Numbered from the stretch's first letter, positions 34,976 through 45,237 are shown. The stretch: 64,000 bases of DNA from Bacteroidales bacterium (GCA_017516865.1 JAFXAU010000009.1:151498-215497); one strand, 5' to 3'. A program made the numbers and translations. The notes: generated by a model from the sequence alone, not told the origin.

Positions 34976-37900
34976 TTAATACTCGTTCCAACTCTTGATC
35001 TCCAATTCGTCCATCGAAAGGTTGCAAAATGCTGTGATAAAGGCATTTGCAAGACGGGCGTTGGTCAGCAACGGAATGTTGTAGTCAATAGCGCCACGAC
35101 GAATGGAATAGTCGTTGTCCAACTCCGATTTGCTATGGTTTTTCGGTACATTGATAACCAAATCGAAGTGTTTCTGACGAATGAAATCCATCACGTTCGG
35201 TTGCAAATCCTCGTCAGGCCAGTGCATTGTGGTGGCTTCCACACCATGGTCACGCAAAAATTCCACAGTACCTTTCGTCCCGTACAACGAATATCCTTTT
35301 TTCACAAGCAAACGACACGGTTCCAGCAATTCCAACTTGCTCTTGGTTGGTCCCGTGCTAAGGAAAATGTTCTGCTTCGGAATGGTGTAACCCACCGAAA
35401 GCATTGATTTCAAAATAGCTTCATAGAAATTGTCGCCAATGCAGCCAACTTCGCCCGTAGATGACATGTCCACACCCAAAACCGGGTCGGCTTTCGCCAA
35501 ACGGGCAAAACTGAACTGCGGCGCCTTAATGCCGACATAATCAAGGTCGAAGAGCGATTTGTCGAACTTGGTGACTTTGCCGCCAAGCATAACTTGGGTT
35601 GCTTGTTCTATGAAATTGGTTTTCAATACCTTAGATACGAATGGAAAACTTCGAGAAGCACGAAGGTTGCATTCTATCACCTTTATATCATTGTCTTTTG
35701 CCAAAAATTGAATGTTGAACGGTCCCGAAATCTCCAAACTCTTGGCTATGGCACGACTGATTTTCTTGATACGACGAACCGTTTCCAAATACAATTTCTG
35801 TGGCGGGAACGTCATTGTGGCGTCGCCCGAATGCACGCCGGCAAATTCCACGTGTTCGGAAATGGCATAACTCAACACCTCGCCATTTTGTGCAACAGCG
35901 TCAATCTCAATTTCCTTGGCTTGCTCAATAAATTGTGTGACAACAACTGGATGTTGTTTCGAAACCTTTGTCGCCAACGTCAAAAAATGTTCCATTTCCT
36001 CCTTGTTGGAAACCACGTTCATTGCCGCGCCCGAAAGCACGTACGATGGACGAATCAACACGGGGAATCCCACTTCGTCAACAAATTCAAAAATATCGTC
36101 CATGCTTGTCAATTCCCGCCAGCGAGGTTGGTCAATGCCAAGTTCATCGCACATTTCGGAGAATTTATGACGGTCTTCGGCACGGTCGATATTGACGGGC
36201 GAAGTTCCCAAAATCGGAACATTTTGGTTATACAAACGCATTGCCAGGTTGTTTGGAATCTGACCGCCAGTTGAGATGACCAATCCGTGTGGTGCTTCCA
36301 AATCGCAAATGTCGAGCACGCGCTCAAGCGTAAGTTCGTCGAAATACAGTCGGTCGCACGAATCGTAGTCGGTTGAAACCGTTTCGGGGTTATAGTTTAT
36401 CATCACAGAGCGGTAGCCCTCTTTCTTGATGGTATTCAAGGCATTGATGCCGCACCAGTCGAATTCAACCGACGAACCGATGCGGTACGCACCAGAACCG
36501 AGCACTATTACCGATTTCTTGTCATATTGGAATGCAATATCGTGAGTTTCACCCGAATAGGTAAGATACAAATAGTTCGTTTGTGCTGGATATTCCGCCG
36601 CAAGTGTGTCGATTTGCTTCACCACGGGAACTATGCCGTGTGACTTACGGAATTTCCGCACGGCGTCGATATTGTCTTCCATATCGTTGTCGCTTGATTT
36701 GAGGACAAGACGGGCAATCTGGAAGTCGGAGAAACCACGCACTTTCGCCTCACGGAGCAAGTCAACGGGAACGTTTTGCAACGTATCGTATTGTGACAAT
36801 TTTATTTGAATAGCGGCAATGTTCTTCAACTTTTCGAGGAACCATTTGTCAATTTTGGTCAAATCGTGGATTTTGTCAACCGAATAACCCTTTGCCAATG
36901 CAATGTTGATGGCGAAAATACGCATGTCGGTCGGTTTTTGCAGTTCGTGGTCAAGGTCGTCGAATGCAATGTCGTGGTTTGCCACAAAACCGTGCATTCC
37001 CTGCCCAATCATACGCAAGCCCTTTTGAATAACTTCCTCGAACGTGCGACCAATCGCCATAATTTCGCCCACCGATTTCATAGACGAGCCAATTTCCTTC
37101 GACACGCCTGCGAATTTACCCAAATCCCAACGAGGAATTTTGCACACAATGTAGTCAAGTGCAGGTTCGAAAAATGCGCTCGTTGTTTTTGTTACAGAGT
37201 TTTTCAATTCAAAAAGACCGTAACCTAATCCGAGTTTTGCTGCCACAAACGCAAGCGGATACCCCGTTGCCTTCGAAGCCAACGCCGACGAACGGCTCAA
37301 ACGGGCGTTCACCTCAATCACACGATAATCTTCGGAATTTGGGTCGAGGGCGTACTGCACGTTGCATTCGCCCACAATGCCGATATGACGGACAATTTTG
37401 ATTGCGAGTTCACGCAATTTGTGGTATTCAGCGTTGGAAAGCGTCTGCGACGGAGCAACCACAATACTTTCACCCGTGTGGATTCCCAGTGGGTCGAAGT
37501 TTTCCATATTACACACCGTGATACAATTGTCATAGCGGTCGCGGACAACTTCGTATTCTACCTCTTTCCAACCTTTAAGAGACTCTTCCACAAGCACTTG
37601 CGAAGAATATGCAAAAGCCGTTTCGCACAACTTTTTCAGTTCTTCGACATTGGAGCAGAAACCGCTTCCAAGTCCGCCCAACGCGTATGCGGCACGGACA
37701 ATCACAGGGAAACCAAGTTTTTCCACTGCTTTCACGGCTTCCTCAACCGATTCGACAGCTTCGCTTCGAGCGGTCTTCACGTTGATTTCGTTCAATTTTT
37801 GAATGAACAAATCACGGTCTTCGGTGTTTTTAATGGCTTGAACGGGCGTTCCCAAAACTTGTACGCCGTATTTTTCAAACACGCCGTTGTCGTACAACGC

Positions 37901-38194
37901 TGTGCCACAGTTCAATGCGGTTTGTCCGCCGAAGGCGAGCAAAATTCCCTGCGGATGTTCCTTCTGAATGACACGTTCCACAAATTCGGGCGTCACAGGC
38001 AAGAAATAAATCTTGTCGGCAATGCCTTCCGACGTTTGCACGGTGGCGATATTCGGGTTTATCAAAATAGTTTCGATTCCTTCCTCTCGCAATGCTTTCA
38101 GTGCTTGCGAACCAGAATAGTCGAACTCGCCGGCTTCGCCAATTTTCAGCGCACCAGAACCTAAAACTATAACTTTTTGTATATCGTTTTTCAT
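34976..38194 (-). CDS. carB: Carbamoyl-phosphate synthase large subunit
   Basis: 1072 aa with duplicated ATP-grasp halves. The N-terminus is KVIVLGSGALKIGEAGEFDYSGSQA. Confidence 0.97.
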   Translation of the reverse strand: MKNDIQKVIVLGSGALKIGEAGEFDYSGSQALKALREEGIETILINPNIATVQTSEGIADKIYFLPVTPEFVERVIQKEHPQGILLAFGGQTALNCGTALYDNGVFEKYGVQVLGTPVQAIKNTEDRDLFIQKLNEINVKTARSEAVESVEEAVKAVEKLGFPVIVRAAYALGGLGSGFCSNVEELKKLCETAFAYSSQVLVEESLKGWKEVEYEVVRDRYDNCITVCNMENFDPLGIHTGESIVVAPSQTLSNAEYHKLRELAIKIVRHIGIVGECNVQYALDPNSEDYRVIEVNARLSRSSALASKATGYPLAFVAAKLGLGYGLFELKNSVTKTTSAFFEPALDYIVCKIPRWDLGKFAGVSKEIGSSMKSVGEIMAIGRTFEEVIQKGLRMIGQGMHGFVANHDIAFDDLDHELQKPTDMRIFAINIALAKGYSVDKIHDLTKIDKWFLEKLKNIAAIQIKLSQYDTLQNVPVDLLREAKVRGFSDFQIARLVLKSSDNDMEDNIDAVRKFRKSHGIVPVVKQIDTLAAEYPAQTNYLYLTYSGETHDIAFQYDKKSVIVLGSGAYRIGSSVEFDWCGINALNTIKKEGYRSVMINYNPETVSTDYDSCDRLYFDELTLERVLDICDLEAPHGLVISTGGQIPNNLAMRLYNQNVPILGTSPVNIDRAEDRHKFSEMCDELGIDQPRWRELTSMDDIFEFVDEVGFPVLIRPSYVLSGAAMNVVSNKEEMEHFLTLATKVSKQHPVVVTQFIEQAKEIEIDAVAQNGEVLSYAISEHVEFAGVHSGDATMTFPPQKLYLETVRRIKKISRAIAKSLEISGPFNIQFLAKDNDIKVIECNLRASRSFPFVSKVLKTNFIEQATQVMLGGKVTKFDKSLFDLDYVGIKAPQFSFARLAKADPVLGVDMSSTGEVGCIGDNFYEAILKSMLSVGYTIPKQNIFLSTGPTKSKLELLEPCRLLVKKGYSLYGTKGTVEFLRDHGVEATTMHWPDEDLQPNVMDFIRQKHFDLVINVPKNHSKSELDNDYSIRRGAIDYNIPLLTNARLANAFITAFCNLSMDELEIKSWNEY

Positions 38195-38196
38195 AA

Positions 38197-39279
38197 TTAT
38201 TTGTTGTGTTTATGTTGTTCGACTATGTTGATGAATTTTTCAAACAAGAACCGAGTGTCGGTCGGACCCCCGTTTGCCTCGGGATGGAATTGCGTTGCGA
38301 AGATAGGTTTTGACTTGTGTTTGATTCCTTCGCAAGTGCCGTCGTTCAAATTCAGGAAATATGGTTCCCAATCGTTTGTCAGTTTTGAATGGTCAACGGC
38401 AAAACCGTGGTTTTGCGAGGTTATGTAACATTTGTTTGTGCCAAACTCCTGTACAGGTTGGTTGTGGCTTCGGTGACCATATTTTAATTTATACGTAGTC
38501 GCTCCCGAAGCAATTCCGAGCAGCTGGCTGCCCAGACAGATGCCGAAAATCGGCTTGTCGCCGTTGATTGCAGTTTTTATATGAGCGATGGTTTCCTCGC
38601 ACAGTGACGGGTCGCCGGGACCGTTGGAGATGAACAGCCCATCGTATTCGTCGTGGGTGAAATCGTAGTTCCACGGCACGCGAATCACCGTTGTGTCGTA
38701 TTTGAGCAAACTACGGATAATGTTGGCTTTCACGCCGCAGTCAACAAGCATTATCTTATTTTTCCCATTGCCATACACTTGTTTTTCCTTTATGCTCACT
38801 TGGTCAACAAGATTGTCCTTGTTGGGGTCGTACCACGCCACATCTTCGTCGTTGATTACGATTTTTCCCAACATACAGCCCGAATCGCGCAAGACTTTTG
38901 TCAACTCACGTGTGTCGATTCCGTAAATGCCAGGAATTTGGTTTTCCTCAAGCCATTGAGCCAGACTTTTCTCGGCGTTCCAGTGGCTGTGTTCAAACGA
39001 ATAATCGGAAACGACCAAGGCGGCGATTTGAATGCAGTCGCTCTCGAATGTCGTGGGTAAACCGTTCTCGTACAAATGATTAGGAACGCCGTAGTTTCCA
39101 ATCAAAGGATAGGTTGAAACCAAAATCTGACCTTTGTACGACGGGTCGGTCAAACTTTCGGGATAGCCCGTCATTGCCGTGTTGAACACCACTTCTCCAG
39201 CAGTCGATTTCGGGAAACCGAACGATTTTCCAACGAACTCCATTCCGTTTTCCAATAGTATCTTCGCTTGTATTGACAT
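38197..39279 (-). CDS. carA: Carbamoyl-phosphate synthase small subunit (glutamine amidotransferase)
   Basis: GYPESLTDPSYKGQIL, catalytic GICLGSQLL and FHPE. The gap to carB is 2 nt. Confidence 0.95.
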   Translation of the reverse strand: MSIQAKILLENGMEFVGKSFGFPKSTAGEVVFNTAMTGYPESLTDPSYKGQILVSTYPLIGNYGVPNHLYENGLPTTFESDCIQIAALVVSDYSFEHSHWNAEKSLAQWLEENQIPGIYGIDTRELTKVLRDSGCMLGKIVINDEDVAWYDPNKDNLVDQVSIKEKQVYGNGKNKIMLVDCGVKANIIRSLLKYDTTVIRVPWNYDFTHDEYDGLFISNGPGDPSLCEETIAHIKTAINGDKPIFGICLGSQLLGIASGATTYKLKYGHRSHNQPVQEFGTNKCYITSQNHGFAVDHSKLTNDWEPYFLNLNDGTCEGIKHKSKPIFATQFHPEANGGPTDTRFLFEKFINIVEQHKHNK

Positions 39280-39307
39280 ATCTTAATTTTTAATTCTTAA
39301 TTCATAA

Positions 39308-41203
39308 TTATTTCAACGCCCGTAAATCATCGTTTCCTTCAACAAAATTTATAAATGCGTTGTTTACCAATTTGTTACCGCCCGGTGTGGGATAATTTCC
39401 CGTGAAATACCAGTCGCCCGAATAGCCCTTGCACGCATCGTGAAGTCCGTTAGTCTTCTGATAAACGATGCTGATTTTCGTCGTCACATAGCTTGGCGTG
39501 AGCAATTCGGCTATCTTGTCGGAAATTTGCTCGTCGGTGAACGGTTTGTAAATGTCTTTCACATAATTCACAATTTGTTCCTTCGGCAAATGTTGCTGCT
39601 GTTTTGCCTTCTCGTAGGTTTCCTGAATTACGGACTGCATATTTTTCTCCTGAAGCAGTGCAATTGCCGCCTTGAACGCAATAAATTCACCCATTCGCGA
39701 CATATCTATACCATAGCAGTCGGGATAGCGGATCTGCGGCGACGACGACACAATCACAATCTTTTTCGGGTGCAGGCGGTCGAGCATACGGATAATGCTT
39801 TGTTTGAGCGTGGTTCCGCGAACAATGCTGTCGTCAATCACCACGAGATTGTCCTTGTACGGAACAATGCTTCCGTAGGTTACGTCGTACACATGCGTTG
39901 CCAAATCGTTGCGAGTGTTGCTTTCCGAGATGAACGTGCGCAGTTTAATGTCTTTTATCGCCACTTTCTCAAACCGAATGCGACGGGAGAGAATGCGGTG
40001 CAGTTCATCGGACGAAATTTTGTTGCCCTTGCGGATGATTTCTTGTTCCTTGAGCGTGTTCAGATACTTTTCAAAACCTTCAAGCATACCGTAGAATGCG
40101 ACTTCGGCTGTATTTGGTATGAACGAGAATACCGTGTTGTCAATATCGTTGTCAACGGCTTTGAGAACAGCTGGTACAAGATTTTCGCCTAATTTCTTGC
40201 GTTCCTTGTAAATATCGGAATCGCTGCCACGCGAGAAATAGATCCGTTCGAACGAGCACGCCTGTTTTTTCTTCGGGCGGACAATCTGCGAAGTCTCAAT
40301 TGACGCATCCTGTTTTACAATAATGGCTTCGCCCGGATTCACTTCGTGGACGGAATCCGATTCCACGTTCATAACCGTCTGTATGACAGGTCGTTCCGAA
40401 GCAACCACAACGATTTCGTCGTCAACATAATAATATGCAGGGCGGATTCCCCACGGGTCGCGAACCACAAATGTTTCGCCACTGCCTGTAAGTCCACAGA
40501 TGACAAAGCCGCCGTCCCAATGTTTAACAGTTGACCGTAATACGTTCTCGATTTTTATATTTGTTTCTATTTCTTCATTGATTTCCTGTCCGTTCTTATT
40601 TTTCTTGTTGATGGACTGATACACCCGTTCCACCTCTCTATCAAGTCGGTGACCAAGTTGTTCGAGCAAGATGAACGTATCGGCATAGCGGCGAGGATGT
40701 TGCCCCGATTGGTACATCATTTCAAATACCTCGTCAACATTGGTGAAATTGAAGTTTCCGCACACCGCCAAGTTCTTCGATTTCCAGTTGCTTCGACGCA
40801 TAAATGGATGAACGTATGAGATTCCCGACCGTCCCGTGGTGCTGTAGCGCAAATGACCAATGTAGGAATTTCCCGCAAAAGGCAGCGTGTTTGCCGCAAA
40901 CAGCGGGTCGTTCAGTTGCAGGTCGGTAAGTTTTTCGTAGTTGCTATGAATTTGGGCAAACACCTCGGTGATGGCATTGGCACCTTCGGCACGTTCGCGG
41001 AACATAAACTCCTCGCCCGGGTTCATATTCTGTTTGACGCACGCCACGCCGGCACCTTCCTGTCCGCGGTTGTGCTGTTTTTCCATCAACAAATACAGCT
41101 TGTTAAGCCCGTACATCCACGTTCCATACTTCTGTTGATAGTATTCCAACGGCTTCCGCAGCCGCACCACTGCTATACCACATTCGTGTTTTATCGGTTC
41201 CAT
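39308..41203 (-). CDS. purF: Amidophosphoribosyltransferase (long Bacteroidetes form)
   Basis: MEPIKHECGIAVVRL is the Ntn Cys context. The PRPP-binding loop VVIDDSIVRGTT is present. The start at 41203 is preferred because a TAnnTTTG box at 41225-41232 lies upstream of it. Confidence 0.9.
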   Translation of the reverse strand: MEPIKHECGIAVVRLRKPLEYYQQKYGTWMYGLNKLYLLMEKQHNRGQEGAGVACVKQNMNPGEEFMFRERAEGANAITEVFAQIHSNYEKLTDLQLNDPLFAANTLPFAGNSYIGHLRYSTTGRSGISYVHPFMRRSNWKSKNLAVCGNFNFTNVDEVFEMMYQSGQHPRRYADTFILLEQLGHRLDREVERVYQSINKKNKNGQEINEEIETNIKIENVLRSTVKHWDGGFVICGLTGSGETFVVRDPWGIRPAYYYVDDEIVVVASERPVIQTVMNVESDSVHEVNPGEAIIVKQDASIETSQIVRPKKKQACSFERIYFSRGSDSDIYKERKKLGENLVPAVLKAVDNDIDNTVFSFIPNTAEVAFYGMLEGFEKYLNTLKEQEIIRKGNKISSDELHRILSRRIRFEKVAIKDIKLRTFISESNTRNDLATHVYDVTYGSIVPYKDNLVVIDDSIVRGTTLKQSIIRMLDRLHPKKIVIVSSSPQIRYPDCYGIDMSRMGEFIAFKAAIALLQEKNMQSVIQETYEKAKQQQHLPKEQIVNYVKDIYKPFTDEQISDKIAELLTPSYVTTKISIVYQKTNGLHDACKGYSGDWYFTGNYPTPGGNKLVNNAFINFVEGNDDLRALK

Positions 41204-41224
41204 TCGTCCTACATTTTGACGAAA

Positions 41225-41232
41225 CAAAAATA
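41225..41232 (-). promoter_or_regulatory. -7 promoter box (TATTTTTG on minus strand) for purF-carA-carB
   Basis: The plus strand reads caaaaata. The box lies 22 nt upstream of the preferred purF ATG. Confidence 0.4.
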
Positions 41233-41249
41233 TAGATTATTTGATTATA

Positions 41250-41277
41250 TTTTTATACGAAAAACACGTAAATTATT
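41250..41277 (-). promoter_or_regulatory. 28-nt conserved element, copy 1 (upstream of purF)
   Basis: tttttatacgaaaaacacgtaaattatt matches 46177-46204 at 27 of 28 positions. Confidence 0.5.
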
Positions 41278-41359
41278 TCAATCCTTAATTGATTTTATGG
41301 AAATGGTTTTAAATTAAAAGAATAGGATATTCAGTTTGGGAAAAAAAGAAACGTCCAAT

Positions 41360-42544
41360 CTATTGTACAATAGTTAATTCGTGATAGAGAGTCAGTCCTT
41401 TTGTTGTCAGCATGTACTTCTGACGAGGGTGGTTTGGACGGTCGGGATATTTTCGTCGCACGAATTTATCTTTCAAAGCTGGTTCAAGGTGATATTCCAC
41501 AAAGTTTTTTCTCTCCTTAAGTTTTTTGAAATCCATCAGTTGTTTTATGCTCAATTCATCATTCCCTATAACCCGAACAAGTTCTATGATATTTTTATTG
41601 CTTGTACATATCTTACTAGTTGATTTTAAATTAATTAGAAGTGAACTTGCGGGGGTAGTTGTGGGGGTAGTTAGGGGGGTACTTGTGGGGGTAAGGTTTG
41701 GTTGTTCTCTCCATTCTTTAGTGGGATGAATATGCAAATAACGATTACGCAAGTCCCATTGTTCGCCCAAAAGCAAATTGCGGAAGAAGCGTTCCAAATA
41801 CACAGGAGAATAATCTATGCCTTTAACGGCACTCTTATAGTTGGCACGAACTAATGCATTACGGAAGTACCACGAATGCTGGGCAAACATATCATTATTG
41901 ACCTTGAAACCAATATGACGCAAATACAAGATGATGAACACTGCGGTTGTGCGGGTGTTACCTTCGCCAAAGGCATGGATCTGCCACAATCCAGAAACGA
42001 ATTTGGTTATATGGGTTATCATTTCGTCTTGCGAAATCCTTTTGTAGCTATATTGTCGTTCTTGTTCCAAATCGAATTCGATTGCCCTGTGCAGGTCTTC
42101 CCAATTTAGGTAATTCACGGTATCGCCATCAAGGACCCATTCTTTTTTAGTGATGTCGTAATCGCGCACCTTTCCTGCATGCTTAAATACCCCTTCAAAG
42201 ATTCTTCGATGCAAGGCAACATATCCTTTTTCGCTAAAGTCGAAAGTTTCCGACGAAAGTATTTTTGTGATGTTGGCAGAAACTTTATCGGCTTCTTGCA
42301 TATTTTCTTCGTCTGGCTCCCGTCGCGTTTTCGACTGGTAATATGTTTTTATCAAATCACGTGCTTCATCAATATTGATTTTACCCTCAATATGCTTTCG
42401 AGCCGTTTCCTTCAAATAGTCCGAAGTTTTCAAACCATCAACGGCTTGCAAACCAATAGCAGTTTGCCAGATAGAAGCTTTTTTCTTCTCATCTGGTTCC
42501 CCTTGTCGGATGTATTCGTCGAAATTCAGATATTTGTCGGTCAT
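41360..42544 (-). CDS. Fic/DOC family protein
   Basis: The Fic motif HAFGEGNTRTT lies at nt 41951-41977. A Pro/Thr linker is followed by a C-terminal region that is probably a winged helix. Confidence 0.85.
   Translation of the reverse strand: MTDKYLNFDEYIRQGEPDEKKKASIWQTAIGLQAVDGLKTSDYLKETARKHIEGKINIDEARDLIKTYYQSKTRREPDEENMQEADKVSANITKILSSETFDFSEKGYVALHRRIFEGVFKHAGKVRDYDITKKEWVLDGDTVNYLNWEDLHRAIEFDLEQERQYSYKRISQDEMITHITKFVSGLWQIHAFGEGNTRTTAVFIILYLRHIGFKVNNDMFAQHSWYFRNALVRANYKSAVKGIDYSPVYLERFFRNLLLGEQWDLRNRYLHIHPTKEWREQPNLTPTSTPLTTPTTTPASSLLINLKSTSKICTSNKNIIELVRVIGNDELSIKQLMDFKKLKERKNFVEYHLEPALKDKFVRRKYPDRPNHPRQKYMLTTKGLTLYHELTIVQ
41649..41696 (-). repeat. 4 x 12-nt tandem repeat inside the Fic gene
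   Basis: The units are gcgggggtagtt, gtgggggtagtt, aggggggtactt and gtgggggtaagg. They encode the TPTSTPLTTPTTTPA linker. Confidence 0.8.
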
Positions 42545-42611
42545 AGTATTTTTATTTTCCCCATTCTCGTCAAATACAAAACTATATTCTTAAGGAATTT
42601 TTTTTACCCTA

Positions 42612-42619
42612 CAAATATA
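42612..42619 (-). promoter_or_regulatory. -7 promoter box (TATATTTG on minus strand) upstream of Fic gene
   Basis: The plus strand reads caaatata. Confidence 0.35.
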
Positions 42620-42729
42620 CGAAAAAAATCTCTTTGCTTCCTTTTGAAAGAAAACGATAATCAATGTAATACCGCAAAAAAGGGACTCCCTTGCGGAAAT
42701 CCCATTGAATTCCTTTCCTATATCTTTTG

Positions 42730-44232
42730 CTATTTTACATCTTGCACAAGACGGACAGCTTTGTTTTTACACCTTGCTACTGCATTTCCGCTATTAATTG
42801 CTTCACTTGTTACATCTAAATTCCACACCGTAGATTCGTCGTAGGGAGATGTTGACCAATAATAGCAATAGCCGTTATATCCTGCAGCAGGTAAAAAACA
42901 CGCTCCCTTTTCTTCCATTCTACTCCATTGAGTTGCATTATAACAATTTTGAGTAAGAAATTGTTCTGTCCCGCGTTTTGTTGCAAAGCCTGCTCGAAAA
43001 CTGATAGTCTCTGGTTGTACCCAATTGTCTGGCAATAGAATTAATCCGTTTACTCCATTGACTGTACCAACCGCCCTTAATTTTGATGCATTTGGTCTTT
43101 CATTTATTAAGTATAACCATTCCTCTTTCGATAATGTTCTCCATAAACCAGTTTCGTTACCACCGTTTATTATAGGATTATATACGCCCCAATCTGCATT
43201 GGCATAAATACCAGTTAAACTATTTTCATATGCTCCTCCAACATAATAATTAGAGTTTGTACTTGTACATGACCACGGTTGATAACAAATTGCTCCACTT
43301 TCCGCCCAACCGCTCGTTCCCCAGCCGAACAGATCTATCCAACCATTATAAGTTTGGGCTATGTTTTGATTATCTTCCCCAATCTTTTCCCATTGGTTAA
43401 GAGCAAAACGCCATGTCCCTTGTTGAGTCGTCCCGTCGGCACAAACATGCGTTCCTAATTTTGCGTTATACTGCAAATTACCCATTGAGAAATACACTTG
43501 TTTCCCTTCTGCTACAGAGAACGGGGCTTTTATAGCTCCTTTTTCTATTGATACAGGAGAATTGTGGCGAGCTACTTTTAAAGAAGTGTCATCTGCTAAT
43601 GTAAAATACACAAAGCCATCGTCAGCTGTTACTTCCTTAAACATTGCATCTCCTTGGTCTCCCTTATCGCCTTTTGCCTGCGACGCAAAATTCCACGTTT
43701 CGCCATTGTCATACGATATGTACCAATTATCATCCTCAACTTTCAATTGTGGCGTAATACCATTTTCTCCATTAGTGCCATTTGTTCCGTTTTCTCCAGT
43801 CACACGAATTTTACCGCCATTGTCATCAAGCAACCAATCACCGTTCAACGTCCAATAATACACACCCTCAAATTTTGAAACGCCAATAATTGGTGCTTCT
43901 CCGTTTGTCCCATTGCTGCCATTCGTTCCGTTGATTCCATTCGTACCATGATAAATGGTTATTGGGGATTGTTTTTTGAATGCGATTGTATATCCAATTT
44001 CAACTCCATCTTTGGTGATAGGCGTTACGCTTGTTACGTAGTCACCTTCGTTTGAGGCATTTACAATTGATTGCAACGCTACAATATTGGTATTGTTTTG
44101 TTTACATTGTTCCTCCAAAATTGTAACACGTGTTTTTAAGTCCGAAACATCGTCTTTCAAATTTTCAATATCCTTTTTTCGACAGCCTACTACAGCAAGA
44201 ACTGTCATAACATACAATAATAATTTCTTCAT
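42730..44232 (-). CDS. Lipoprotein with coiled-coil, collagen-like GxN triplets and the same C-terminal domain as 32840..33793
   Basis: The start is moved to MKKLLLYVMTVLAVVGC (lipobox). The coiled coil is LKDDVSDLKTRVTILEEQ. GTNGINGTNGSNGTNGE and GENGTNGTNGENG are collagen-like. The C-terminal 270 aa are about 60 percent identical (by eye) to the 32840 protein. Confidence 0.6.
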   Translation of the reverse strand: MKKLLLYVMTVLAVVGCRKKDIENLKDDVSDLKTRVTILEEQCKQNNTNIVALQSIVNASNEGDYVTSVTPITKDGVEIGYTIAFKKQSPITIYHGTNGINGTNGSNGTNGEAPIIGVSKFEGVYYWTLNGDWLLDDNGGKIRVTGENGTNGTNGENGITPQLKVEDDNWYISYDNGETWNFASQAKGDKGDQGDAMFKEVTADDGFVYFTLADDTSLKVARHNSPVSIEKGAIKAPFSVAEGKQVYFSMGNLQYNAKLGTHVCADGTTQQGTWRFALNQWEKIGEDNQNIAQTYNGWIDLFGWGTSGWAESGAICYQPWSCTSTNSNYYVGGAYENSLTGIYANADWGVYNPIINGGNETGLWRTLSKEEWLYLINERPNASKLRAVGTVNGVNGLILLPDNWVQPETISFRAGFATKRGTEQFLTQNCYNATQWSRMEEKGACFLPAAGYNGYCYYWSTSPYDESTVWNLDVTSEAINSGNAVARCKNKAVRLVQDVK

Positions 44233-44256
44233 TAGAATACTTTTATGGTTCATATT

Positions 44257-44928
44257 TTAAATTGTTTGTTGATTATTCGTCTTCTTAATTTGAATTATTT
44301 TGTGTTCGAATTCAATCTCTGTTTTTTTGTATTTTTCTTTTTGACAGAAAAAATATACAATTTGAAACATAGCAAACAGAATACACAAGCATATACAAAT
44401 TGTTATGATAACGCAACTACAACAACAGCAGACACAATTCGCTTGTAATAAGTATATTACAGCGGAAACGAAAATCAGCAACTGAACACAAATTACTATT
44501 TTAAGAAATTCGCCGTATAGTCCTTGTACCATATCTAACCCATGCTTATCAAATGGAGAGTATTTTTGGGGAAAAATTGAATTTTCTGCTCCTACATTTT
44601 TTATATGTTTCACTCTAATTGCATAGGTTATAAATTGTTCCCTTCGCTGGGCAATACCTTGATACATACAAATACAAGAAATTATGCTAAGTACAAACAT
44701 AGCCCCGCTCATCGCTACAAATAATTGAACAGGGGAAAATACAATATTGCCACCATAATCAGGAAAAGCGTATATCAACATATAACCGTATGCTCCTATT
44801 GCTCCAAATAGCCCGACAAGAAAAGAAATCACGCTACTCAAATAAGCATTATTGTTCACTGCATATTGTTCGTGAAGTTGTTTTTCAATATCCAACTCCA
44901 TAAGATTACTTTGTTTAAGATATTCCAT
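44257..44928 (-). CDS. Multi-pass membrane protein with Cys-rich last helix
   Basis: About four hydrophobic segments, the last being NCVCCCCSCVIITICICLCILF. The gap to the downstream gene's ORF is 3 nt. Confidence 0.5.
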   Translation of the reverse strand: MEYLKQSNLMELDIEKQLHEQYAVNNNAYLSSVISFLVGLFGAIGAYGYMLIYAFPDYGGNIVFSPVQLFVAMSGAMFVLSIISCICMYQGIAQRREQFITYAIRVKHIKNVGAENSIFPQKYSPFDKHGLDMVQGLYGEFLKIVICVQLLIFVSAVIYLLQANCVCCCCSCVIITICICLCILFAMFQIVYFFCQKEKYKKTEIEFEHKIIQIKKTNNQQTI

Positions 44929-45018
44929 TTTTATTTTTTACAAAAACAAATAAATGACAAATCTCCATTGTCTATTACACAATCTTGTACTATATTTTTG
45001 TTCTTTTTGTACAAAAAT

Positions 45019-45237
45019 TTAAGACAAATCGTCATTTTCATCATTAGGCCTTACATATAGTGTAAAAAAGTTGAAATCAAGAATTTCGGAAATACGAAGA
45101 AGTAAATCTGTATCTATACTCTTACGCTTGAAAATGTTGTACACATTGGTACGAAAACACGGTATTTTATCTGCAAGCCATGTAGCAGAGCGTCCTTGAC
45201 GTTTCAGTTCCTTATATATTGCGTGTCCTATGTGCAT
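45019..45237 (-). CDS. Small helix-turn-helix DNA-binding protein
   Basis: 72 aa. GRSATWLADKIPCFRTNVYNIFKRKSID is HTH-like. Confidence 0.55.
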   Translation of the reverse strand: MHIGHAIYKELKRQGRSATWLADKIPCFRTNVYNIFKRKSIDTDLLLRISEILDFNFFTLYVRPNDENDDLS

